Positions 57,182-64,000 of a stretch of DNA of 64,000 bases are shown here, piece by piece (position 1 is the first letter of the stretch; each line of letters opens with the position of its first letter). Source of the stretch: Candidatus Pacebacteria bacterium UBA6180 (GTDB lineage Bacteria > Patescibacteriota > Microgenomatia > UBA1400 > PJMF01); assembly GCA_002422165.1 (NCBI GenBank), contig DITQ01000002.1, positions 13,174-77,173 of the forward strand, given 5' to 3'. The notes beneath the pieces are model-generated. The model was not told the origin of the DNA, made no database searches, and saw only the letters and a program-made list of their open reading frames with translations. The position numbers and the translations under genes are program-made.

Positions 57182-57766
57182 ATGCTCGAAGTTATTCTTG
57201 ATGTAGAAACCAAACAAATTTTTGACGACGTGGGCGGCTATTTTCCAGAGAAGTTAGGTATTTCTTTTGTCGGTGTTTGCGTGCGTGATAGTCGCTTTGC
57301 TAAGGGAGAGATGCAGTCTTACTTCGAGAAGGATCTGCCCAAGCTTTTTCCGCTGCTAGAGCGCGCCGACGTGGTCATCGGTTTCAATATCGACGGCTTC
57401 GATATGCCTACCTTAATTCCTTATTACCAGGCTGACATTAGCCGCATTCCAACTCTCGACGTCATGGATCGTATCAAAAAAAGCGTCGGCCACCGCATCG
57501 GTCTAGATGCTGTCGCCAAGGAAACTCTGGGGATTGGCAAAACTGGTGATGGTCTGGACGCTATCAAGTACTATAAATCTGGCAACTATGAAGCTCTAGA
57601 AAAATATTGTCTGCAAGACGTGGCGGTCACCCGAGATGTCTATGATTATGGTCTCAAAAATGGGCAAATTAAATTTCGCAACAAATGGAACCGCTTAATT
57701 GAGGCGCCAGTCGATTTCTCGTTTCAGAGCGCCAAGGCAAGTGGGATACAAATGAGTTTGATATGA
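57182..57766 (+). CDS. DEDDy-type 3'-5' exonuclease (RNase H-like fold) family protein
   Basis: Exo I-like ILDVETK, Exo II-like VIGFNIDGFDMP, Exo III-like YCLQDVAVTRDVYDY. Confidence 0.5.
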   Translation: MLEVILDVETKQIFDDVGGYFPEKLGISFVGVCVRDSRFAKGEMQSYFEKDLPKLFPLLERADVVIGFNIDGFDMPTLIPYYQADISRIPTLDVMDRIKKSVGHRIGLDAVAKETLGIGKTGDGLDAIKYYKSGNYEALEKYCLQDVAVTRDVYDYGLKNGQIKFRNKWNRLIEAPVDFSFQSAKASGIQMSLI

Positions 57767-58314
57767 AACCTAAAATTTGCTACACAGCCGCTGCTCACCT
57801 TGTCCACCAAGGCAAGATTCTTCTTATCAAACATAAAAAATTTAAGCAGTGGCTCGGTCCAGGTGGTCATATCGACGAGAATGAACTAGCTCATGAAACG
57901 GCAGTTCGTGAATTCATGGAAGAAACTGGTTTGCAGGTCAAAATAGTTAGTGCTTATGATGATCTTAGTGGTCAAGCAACTGGGGCTGATGATTTGTTTC
58001 ACCCCATGCCTTTTGCCGTCAACGAGCATTGGGTTTGTCGGGCCAATTATGAAGAACGTCAGAAGGCAGTCGAGCAAAATCTCCCTTTTATTCCTGACAA
58101 ACAGTGGAGTAAGGGTTGTGAAAAGCACTTTAATTTTTCTTATTTAGCGAAATTAGTTGGTCCGCTGGAGATCAAGCCGGCAGCTGGGGAATCCAAGGAA
58201 GTGCGCTTTTTTACCCTTGAGGAATTGGAGGGTTCTTACCGCAGCGAACTAGCTAGTTCGATTTTTGCCGAAGTAAAGCAGGCTTTTGAGCTTGCTAAAT
58301 CCTTTCATTCTTGA
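57763..58314 (+). CDS. NUDIX hydrolase
   Basis: Nudix box GGHIDENELAHETAVREFMEETGL; start overlaps previous stop (ATGA). Confidence 0.65.
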   Translation: MKPKICYTAAAHLVHQGKILLIKHKKFKQWLGPGGHIDENELAHETAVREFMEETGLQVKIVSAYDDLSGQATGADDLFHPMPFAVNEHWVCRANYEERQKAVEQNLPFIPDKQWSKGCEKHFNFSYLAKLVGPLEIKPAAGESKEVRFFTLEELEGSYRSELASSIFAEVKQAFELAKSFHS

Positions 58315-58325
58315 GAAAATGACCT

Positions 58326-58856
58326 TTGAGAGGTCTAATTATGTTTCCCAAACACCAACTCACTGACAAGGTTAAACTTCTGCAAAAAGTCGCTATCATT
58401 CGGTCTAACCAGCAAGGCGCTGGTTTAGAAGTACTGTTGTTGCAGCGAAGCAGTGAGGCCAAATCGCGCCCTAGTGCTTGGGATTTGCCCGGCGGCAACA
58501 GCGAGTGGCCGAAGGGTCAGACTTCAGTCGCCAATTTGCACTTGGCGGATCTAAGTCGAGAAATTGCTGAAGAAACTGGCCTAGTTGTGACCGACAATGC
58601 CTTTTCCATGAAGTTGCCAGTGCATTTTTCGACCTATTTCGACAGCGGCAAGCAAATTTTTACTATTATTGCCGGCTGGTCATTGAATTTTTCAGACACA
58701 AGCCAAGCACTTATCCAGATCTCTAACGAACATCAGACTTACTCTTGGGTGCCTGGAATTGAGTTGGCCAATTACGATTTTGGCGGTGACAAGGGCACTT
58801 TTATTTTGGATATCATCCAAAAAGCGCTGCTTTCGTTTCAAAATAGCCAGTTTTGA
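58326..58856 (+). CDS. NUDIX-like hydrolase (atypical spacing in Nudix box)
   Basis: GGNSEWPKGQTSVANLHLADLSREIAEETGL contains REIAEETG core with longer upstream spacing. Confidence 0.45.
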   Translation: MRGLIMFPKHQLTDKVKLLQKVAIIRSNQQGAGLEVLLLQRSSEAKSRPSAWDLPGGNSEWPKGQTSVANLHLADLSREIAEETGLVVTDNAFSMKLPVHFSTYFDSGKQIFTIIAGWSLNFSDTSQALIQISNEHQTYSWVPGIELANYDFGGDKGTFILDIIQKALLSFQNSQF

Positions 58857-58997
58857 TATAAAATTCTTCGTTGCTTCTCAGAACCCAGTTAAGATCGTTA
58901 TTGGCCTCTGTTATGACTCGCAAAATAACTAGGGCACAAGCAACAATACTTGACAAACTTAATTTTCCCGGGCATGATGGGATCATAGTAATACTAA

Positions 58998-59543
58998 GTG
59001 CGAGGAAATATGTCAAAACCAACAACTCAACCGTCCGATCTCCAAAATAAAATCCAAGTTTTCATGCCTTATCTTTTCCCCTTAATAGCCGTTATCTTCG
59101 TGGTAGTAATGTTTGCTCGTTGGTACCAGAGCAAAACTGCTGACGCTCCAGTTAGCTTGCTAGATCCGCAGTTCCAGGTTGAAACCCTGCCGAGTCAAGT
59201 TGAAAATGACATCCTCAAGGGGGCAGTAGATTACCAAACAGCCGAAATGCAGGGTGAAGGTAAAGTTGCCGGTGAAGTTCGTTACCAGATTGTTGATGAC
59301 AAACTGAGTTTTACTGTGACTGCCAACTTACCATCTTCAGAGGAAGATTATGTTGTCTGGTTAACTGATGGTAATAACGAAGCCAAGAAACGAGTTTTTA
59401 ACTTAATTTATTCCAAAGCTGGCTACATGGGTAGCGCCATGGTTGCCGCCGAGGTTTTACCGGTCAGAGTTGTTATCGTCAAGGCCTCAGATTTGCTGCT
59501 GCAAGACGTTTTATTGGAAACTGACTTGAGTAAAACAGAGTAA
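58998..59543 (+). CDS. Hypothetical membrane-anchored protein
   Basis: 181 aa, N-terminal TM helix YLFPLIAVIFVVVMFA; no motifs. Confidence 0.4.
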   Translation: MRGNMSKPTTQPSDLQNKIQVFMPYLFPLIAVIFVVVMFARWYQSKTADAPVSLLDPQFQVETLPSQVENDILKGAVDYQTAEMQGEGKVAGEVRYQIVDDKLSFTVTANLPSSEEDYVVWLTDGNNEAKKRVFNLIYSKAGYMGSAMVAAEVLPVRVVIVKASDLLLQDVLLETDLSKTE

Positions 59544-59639
59544 AAGAAGCAAATTGCTTCTTGATTAGCTACTCAAGTGTGCTAGGCTAAGTTAATAAAA
59601 ATTATTCTCTGCTAAGCACAGAGAAAGAAGGGTGAACAT

Positions 59640-59843
59640 ATGGCAACCGCCTATAGTTACACAAATTCTAAGGGTCAAACCTACTACCTTCACACCAGAG
59701 ATGTGACCTTGAAGAATGGTAGAGTTCAAACCATTTACTTTTTCGCTCGTGATGTCCGCGAGGGCTCTTTGAGCGCCGTACCAGCTGCCTACCAGGTAGT
59801 TGAGACCAGCCGTACTGGCATGCCAGTCTTGAAGAAGAAATAA
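59640..59843 (+). CDS. Hypothetical small protein (67 aa)
   Basis: ORF with GAAGGG upstream and its own strong terminator downstream. Confidence 0.4.
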   Translation: MATAYSYTNSKGQTYYLHTRDVTLKNGRVQTIYFFARDVREGSLSAVPAAYQVVETSRTGMPVLKKK

Positions 59844-59940
59844 GAATTCCTCGATTCTAACGATCGGGACATTCTTGTTTCGCTTATTAGAACGTCGATC
59901 TCTTGAAATAATTCTCTTCAATCACTTTTTGTGAAAAGAT

Positions 59941-59971
59941 AAACCCCGCGCCAAAAGGCGCGGGGTTTTTT
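59941..59971 (+). terminator. Rho-independent terminator
   Basis: CCCCGCGCC-AAAA-GGCGCGGGG followed by TTTTTT. Confidence 0.7.
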
Positions 59972-60064
59972 CGACTGAGCTTATGCGAAGAAGTGTCTGG
60001 AACATAGGCGGAAGACGGACCGAGCTTCGCGAGGGAATGTCCGAAGTGGAGGCGGAAGACGGAC
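59972..60064 (+). repeat. Two tandem imperfect direct repeats (about 44 nt each, about 70% identical) each ending in AGGCGGAAGACGGAC
   Basis: Unit 1 59977-60020 GAGCTTATGCGAAGAAGTGTCTGGAACATAGGCGGAAGACGGAC; unit 2 60022-60064 GAGCTTCGCGAGGGAATGTCCGAAGTGGAGGCGGAAGACGGAC; upstream of rpiB. Confidence 0.55.
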
Positions 60065-60128
60065 TATGTCTTGTTGCCTTGTCAACCTTTAAAAATTCTT
60101 CAATTTATGAGAAACTGACAGCAGAAAT

Positions 60129-60584
60129 ATGAAAATCTTTATTGGCAGTGATCACGGTGGTTTTGCCTTCAAAGCAGAACTGCAAAATTATCTAGCGGAC
60201 AGGCACCCGGAATTTGAAGTGCAGGACTGTGGAGCTTTTCTGCTCGACCCAAGTGATGATTATCCGCCAGTTGCTTTACAGGTGGCACAGAAAGTGGTTG
60301 TATCAGCAGGTAGTTTGGGTATTTTGCTTTGCCGCTCTGGTTCAGGGATGGTGATTGCCGCCAACAAAGTCAAAGGCGTGCGCGCCGTGGAGCTTTATGA
60401 CATTCGCGTCGCCAAGCAAGCCAAAAGCCATAATCACGCTAATGTAATTGCTCTTGGTGGTGATTATTTGACTCTAGAGAAGATAATTGAGATCTTGGAG
60501 GTTTTTTTGCAGACTGATCTCGACCAAGATGCGCGCCACAAGCGTCGATTAAGTCAGATTAGCGATTACGAAAATAATAATTAA
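60129..60584 (+). CDS. rpiB: Ribose-5-phosphate isomerase B (RpiB/LacAB family)
   Basis: MKIFIGSDHGGFAFKAELQNYL..., catalytic Cys region LLCRSGSGMVIAANK. Confidence 0.8.
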   Translation: MKIFIGSDHGGFAFKAELQNYLADRHPEFEVQDCGAFLLDPSDDYPPVALQVAQKVVVSAGSLGILLCRSGSGMVIAANKVKGVRAVELYDIRVAKQAKSHNHANVIALGGDYLTLEKIIEILEVFLQTDLDQDARHKRRLSQISDYENNN

Positions 60585-60608
60585 CTTGAAGAAAAGAAAA
60601 AGGAAATC

Positions 60609-61295
60609 ATGCAGTTAGATGTAACCGCCAATGTTTTGACTGGTGATTTGAATTTAGCGCGTCGCCAGATCGAATTGGCCAGAGAGAGCAAGCTTCTGCC
60701 AGCGATTCAGATCGACATCGTCGATGGGGTTTTTGCCGACACTCATACCTTTACCCCTCAGGATTTAGTTGACATTGATTTCGGCGAGTTGCAAATCGAT
60801 TTTCACTTGATGACCGAAGAACCGATGGATTACGTCTGGGAAATGGAAGAGTATTGTCGCCATTTGCCGATTCGCTCCGTTTTTGGTCAGATCGAGAAGA
60901 TGTCCTATCAGGAGGCCTTTCTAGAGGAAGTCAAAAAACAAGATTGGCGGGCTGGCTTAGCACTCGACTTGTACACTCCTCTCGAGGCTATTGATGATAA
61001 TAGTTGGGACTGGATGGATGCGCTGCTGCTGCTTGGGGCCCCAGCTGGCGAGTCAGGTCAAGAATTGAATCCGCTCATCTTTGAAAAAATCCAAGCTGCC
61101 AGAGAAAAAATCCTCAAAGGTGAGCCAATGCGTATTTTCGTAGACTGTGGAGTTAATAAAGATAATGTTGCCAAACTGCAGCGCGCTGGTGTCGACAGTG
61201 TTACGGCCAATTCAGCTTTTAATCAAGCCCCCAATTACAAGCAAGCAGTCGAGGAATTTCTCAGTAAACTTCTTCCAACACAAGAAATGAGTTAA
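60609..61295 (+). CDS. rpe: Ribulose-phosphate 3-epimerase-like protein (diverged)
   Basis: IQIDIVDGVFADTHTFTPQ (cf. HxDVMDGHFVPNxTxG), DFHLMTEEPMDYV (cf. DVHLMVxxP), C-terminal RIFVDCGVN...VTANSAF (cf. DGGV...GA..VaGSA.F). Confidence 0.65.
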   Translation: MQLDVTANVLTGDLNLARRQIELARESKLLPAIQIDIVDGVFADTHTFTPQDLVDIDFGELQIDFHLMTEEPMDYVWEMEEYCRHLPIRSVFGQIEKMSYQEAFLEEVKKQDWRAGLALDLYTPLEAIDDNSWDWMDALLLLGAPAGESGQELNPLIFEKIQAAREKILKGEPMRIFVDCGVNKDNVAKLQRAGVDSVTANSAFNQAPNYKQAVEEFLSKLLPTQEMS

Positions 61296-61431
61296 TTTTG
61301 CTTAGATTTTGTGGCATTTTAACAGTTTCTGATGACGATAGTAGCTGTGACTACTTGAGGAAGAAGAAACATGTTAAAATGACGGAAAAGAAAGTAAAAG
61401 TAGCCATTTCTTGTGTTGGAAGAAGTCTATT

Positions 61432-62055
61432 ATGTCAAAAGATAAAAAAGTTCTCATCCCTAGGTCTAATCGTTTGTGCAAAATCGATAACATCGCCTTT
61501 TATGGTAGTGCCGATTTGGAACAAGATGATCCAGCTTACCACGAAGCCTACGAAGCAGCTAAGCACGTCGCCAAGCGCGGCAAAGTGGTTATCAACGGTG
61601 GCGGACCCGGCATCATGGAGGCCGCTACTAGAGGAGCTAAGGCTGGGGGAGGCAAAACTCTGGTGGTGACTTTTTATCCAGAAAATCTGCCAGAATTTGA
61701 GGGTCGTGATGACAACAATATCGCTGATAAGGAAATCAAAACCGCCAATTACATCGAGCGGATGTTTGGTTTGATGGATAATGCCGATCTCTTCGTCTGT
61801 TTCAAAGGTGGAACTGGTACTCTTAGCGAGTGGGCGACTGCTTGGCTTTTGGCTCATCTCTATTATGGCAATCATAAGCCTTTGATTCTTTATGGGTCTT
61901 TTTGGCGGGAGGTGGTGGACACTATTCACAAGCATTTCATGATTGGCTATAAAGAGGCGCAGGTTTATCGCATTGTCGAAAACCTCGAAGAATTTAAGGT
62001 AGCTTTGCGAATTTTTGATGAAGAGATGGCGGCGCGCCGCCTCAAAAATGGTTAA
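61432..62055 (+). CDS. LOG-family (TIGR00730, lysine-decarboxylase-like) nucleotide phosphoribohydrolase
   Basis: VINGGGPGIMEAATRGAKAGGG and FKGGTGTLSEWATAW (PGGxGTxxE) motifs; start at internal ATG 61432 (MSKDKK). Confidence 0.7.
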   Translation: MSKDKKVLIPRSNRLCKIDNIAFYGSADLEQDDPAYHEAYEAAKHVAKRGKVVINGGGPGIMEAATRGAKAGGGKTLVVTFYPENLPEFEGRDDNNIADKEIKTANYIERMFGLMDNADLFVCFKGGTGTLSEWATAWLLAHLYYGNHKPLILYGSFWREVVDTIHKHFMIGYKEAQVYRIVENLEEFKVALRIFDEEMAARRLKNG

Positions 62056-62132
62056 AAATAGTTGTAGTGGCAAGCGCCGCCACGCAACTCGTGTTAAGAT
62101 AAATACAATAAACAGAAAACATAACTGCCCTT

Positions 62133-63074
62133 ATGAGTTCCTACGACATTATTTCTATCGGTTCATCTCTTTTGGATATTTTTATCAAGTCTGATAATTT
62201 GGAAGCGAAGCGTGATGGTGATCGTCAAATTCTGACCTACGGAGAGAAGCATGAACTATCAGATTTTCAGATCTATACTGGCGGTGGCGCTAGTAACACT
62301 GCAGTAGCTTTTGCCAGACTTGGTTTGCATACAGCAGTGATTTCCGAGACTGGACGTGATGATTTTGCCAGTCTGATCACCGCCGACTTTCAGAAAGAAG
62401 GTGTAGCGACCAATTTGTTGATCCAGGAGAAATTGGAGCAAACCGGCGGCTCAGTGATTTTGGTTGGTAAAAATTCAGAGCGAGCTATTATGGTGCACCG
62501 CGGAGCGGCTTCAATGCTTGATCCTTTTGACATCCCAGCTTTTTGGTTGACCAAAAGCAAGTGGGTTCACCTTTCAAGTATTGGCGGACGCCTTGAGACT
62601 TTGCAGAAAATTTTCAAGGTTCTTGCTAACAACCAAGAAACCAAACTGTCTTGGAATCCTGGCAAGCGGGAATTGGAGCTTCTAGTCAATGAAAAATTTT
62701 CTATTGAAGATGTGCCTTGTGAAGTTTTTTTCGTCAATCAGGAAGAGTGGGCCGTGGTGGAGCCCTTACATGAAGAAATTCTGCTTAACTTCCCTCAAGT
62801 GATTATTACCAAAGGCAAGGCTGGCGGTGAGGTTCATCTCTTTGGTAAAAAGAAATTTGAATTTGTTGGTCAATCAGCTGTTTCAGTAGATAACACTGGA
62901 GCAGGTGATGCTTTTGCGGCTGGTTATGTCGCCGCTTTACTCAATGGTTACGAGGTGACGCAAGCTATCGCTTGGGGAGTTAAAAATGCAGCCAACGTGG
63001 TGGCTTATTTTGGCGGCAAGCTAGGCTTGTTGCGTAATTCGCAAATGTTGGAGTTAACAAAAAAGAAAAATTAG
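62133..63074 (+). CDS. PfkB-family carbohydrate/nucleoside kinase (ribokinase-like)
   Basis: N-terminal IISIGSSLLDIF, TGGGASNTAVAFARLG, C-terminal DNTGAGDAFAAGYV (anion hole/GAGD motif). Confidence 0.75.
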   Translation: MSSYDIISIGSSLLDIFIKSDNLEAKRDGDRQILTYGEKHELSDFQIYTGGGASNTAVAFARLGLHTAVISETGRDDFASLITADFQKEGVATNLLIQEKLEQTGGSVILVGKNSERAIMVHRGAASMLDPFDIPAFWLTKSKWVHLSSIGGRLETLQKIFKVLANNQETKLSWNPGKRELELLVNEKFSIEDVPCEVFFVNQEEWAVVEPLHEEILLNFPQVIITKGKAGGEVHLFGKKKFEFVGQSAVSVDNTGAGDAFAAGYVAALLNGYEVTQAIAWGVKNAANVVAYFGGKLGLLRNSQMLELTKKKN

Positions 63075-63112
63075 TGTTTAATTAGTAATTAGATTTGTAG
63101 TGGAATAAACGT

Positions 63113-63634
63113 ATGAAAAAATTTCTGTCCTATCTCCTCGCTGTGCTATTTTTCGCGAGTTCAGCTAGCGCAGCTCAAGCTGTTTTAGAATTAACTCAAA
63201 TTGGCACCACCGATCTAACGGGTCAAGGTATTGGTTCCACTGTTTCTGCTTATACTTACACGTTGCGTTCATTTAGTTTGTACGGTAATTCTACTGCCTC
63301 CAGTTCAGTATCGATCAAAATCGATGACGTCACCTATTCTGCCACTGCCAATGAAACTGGTGCTTGGTCGACTTATCTTTCCAATTTGACCTACGATGAT
63401 CATGCTGTCGAGGTTAGTTCTGCTGGTCAGACCAGTCTAAATTTTACCTTGAAGATTAGTTCTGCCTCAGCCACCCCCACAGCTACTCCTACCGCTGTGC
63501 CGTCAACAGAAACCAAGGGTGGCACGACCTCTTCGACTCTTCCTCAAGCTGGCGCACTAGAAAACACTTTTATTTTGGCTGCGATCTCGATGTTGTTAAT
63601 TGGTTTGGGTGTGACGATTAAATATCGCGCTTAG
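63113..63634 (+). CDS. Secreted surface protein with signal peptide, T/P-rich linker and sortase-like C-terminal sorting signal (LPQAG + hydrophobic helix + KYRA)
   Basis: Signal peptide MKKFLSYLLAVLFFASSASAAQA; ATPTATPTAVPS linker; TLPQAGALENTFILAAISMLLIGLGVTIKYRA. Confidence 0.5.
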   Translation: MKKFLSYLLAVLFFASSASAAQAVLELTQIGTTDLTGQGIGSTVSAYTYTLRSFSLYGNSTASSSVSIKIDDVTYSATANETGAWSTYLSNLTYDDHAVEVSSAGQTSLNFTLKISSASATPTATPTAVPSTETKGGTTSSTLPQAGALENTFILAAISMLLIGLGVTIKYRA

Positions 63635-63672
63635 ACCTTGCTTAGACTTTTAGACAGCGAGTTTTTTGACCT

Positions 63673-64000
63673 ATGTCCGACTACAAAGAGATTCTCAACC
63701 AAGAAATTGCTGCATTGGCCGCCAAAGTTGAACAAGGTGAATTGCCTGATGAGATGCGCTACCAGCTCAAAAAAGAGATTGTTGCTCTGGAGCGCAGTGT
63801 CGAGTTGGGCAGTTACGACGAGAAATACGAAAAAGTTTCCAAGTATGTTGACTGGTGCCTGCGCATTCCTTTTGGCAAAAAAAGCGATGACGTCTTGGAC
63901 CTGCAAAAAGCCAAGGAAGTTTTCGATCAACACCACTTCGGCATGCAGGAAGTCAAGGATCGCTTCCTCGAGTATTTGGCCGTCCTCAACTTGCAAAAAA
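63673..64000 (+). CDS. lon: ATP-dependent protease Lon, 5' part (continues beyond window); appears to lack the about 200-aa N-terminal LON domain
   Basis: YVDWCLRIPFGKKSDDVLDLQKAKEVFDQHHFGMQEVKDRFLEYLAVLNL matches the Lon region immediately preceding the AAA+ module (Y.DWL..LPW......D...A...L...HYGL..VKERILEYLAV); only about 50 residues precede it. Open to window end. Confidence 0.55.
   Translation, partial: MSDYKEILNQEIAALAAKVEQGELPDEMRYQLKKEIVALERSVELGSYDEKYEKVSKYVDWCLRIPFGKKSDDVLDLQKAKEVFDQHHFGMQEVKDRFLEYLAVLNLQK

Noticed and set aside
59592-59921. Minus-strand 109-aa ORF overlapping the 67-aa plus-strand gene
   Set aside because: The plus-strand ORF has an upstream purine-rich RBS-like sequence and a strong downstream terminator oriented for the plus strand. 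The minus ORF has neither.
61298-62073. ORF 61298-61669 (+) and long minus ORF 61435-62073 overlapping the LOG-family gene
   Set aside because: The LOG-family frame has clear family motifs (GGGPGIMEA, GGTGTLSEW). The others have no motifs and overlap it almost entirely.

Overview
This 64-kb window looks like a core chromosomal region of a small-genome bacterium, with mostly housekeeping genes at roughly 48–52% GC. I suspect a Patescibacteria/CPR-like lineage, possibly Saccharibacteria-like, but that is inference from domain-minimal core proteins and I cannot confirm it from sequence alone.

Recognisable genes:
- Two class-A PBP1A paralogues and a GH18-like hydrolase.
- nrdR followed by a class II (B12-dependent) ribonucleotide reductase, preceded by a tandem pair of NrdR boxes.
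- cmk, smpB, and a t6A cluster (tsaD plus a TsaC–TsaE fusion).
- groES–groEL with a CIRCE operator, then a Nudix gene and two divergent CAT-anticodon tRNAs.
- A XerC/D-like recombinase, trpS, ddl, ftsH, a stand-alone 5'-3' exonuclease, a GT4 glycosyltransferase and a convergent clan GH-A glycosidase.
- A complete F1Fo ATP synthase operon (a, c, b, a 71-aa delta, alpha, gamma, beta, epsilon).
- hrcA (CIRCE) –grpE–dnaK–dnaJ, a ParD/ParE-type toxin–antitoxin pair, nusA–infB, rpsO–pnp, a Fe/Mn superoxide dismutase and a pentose-phosphate/sugar-kinase cluster (rpiB, rpe, LOG, PfkB).
- Surface proteins with sorting-signal-like C-termini, and the start of an N-terminally short Lon.

Things that stand out:
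- GroES carries a ~37-residue insertion with 14 cysteines exactly at the roof hairpin.
- A ~3-kb AT-rich (~36–38% GC) two-gene insertion sits between infB and rpsO: an 888-aa helical protein with Ala/Gly-rich hydrophobic hairpins, plus a 130-aa acidic partner.
- Four copies of a ~150-nt intergenic element occur in the 3' regions of groEL, ftsH, hrcA and the recombinase gene, with what looks like covariation in a closing helix.
- A leaderless, translationally coupled operon encodes an RNxxxH (HEPN-like) protein, an archaeal-type cytidylate-kinase paralogue whose Walker-A lysine is replaced, and a CPBP membrane protease.
- One PBP1A has an AT-hook-like (RGRP) cytoplasmic tail.
- Single low-GC genes are scattered among core genes, including a squalene/phytoene-synthase-like protein, a SerB-like HAD next to the tRNAs, and the ParE toxin.
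- PNPase ends in an RGG-rich tail.

No CRISPR array, rRNA or obvious transposase was seen.
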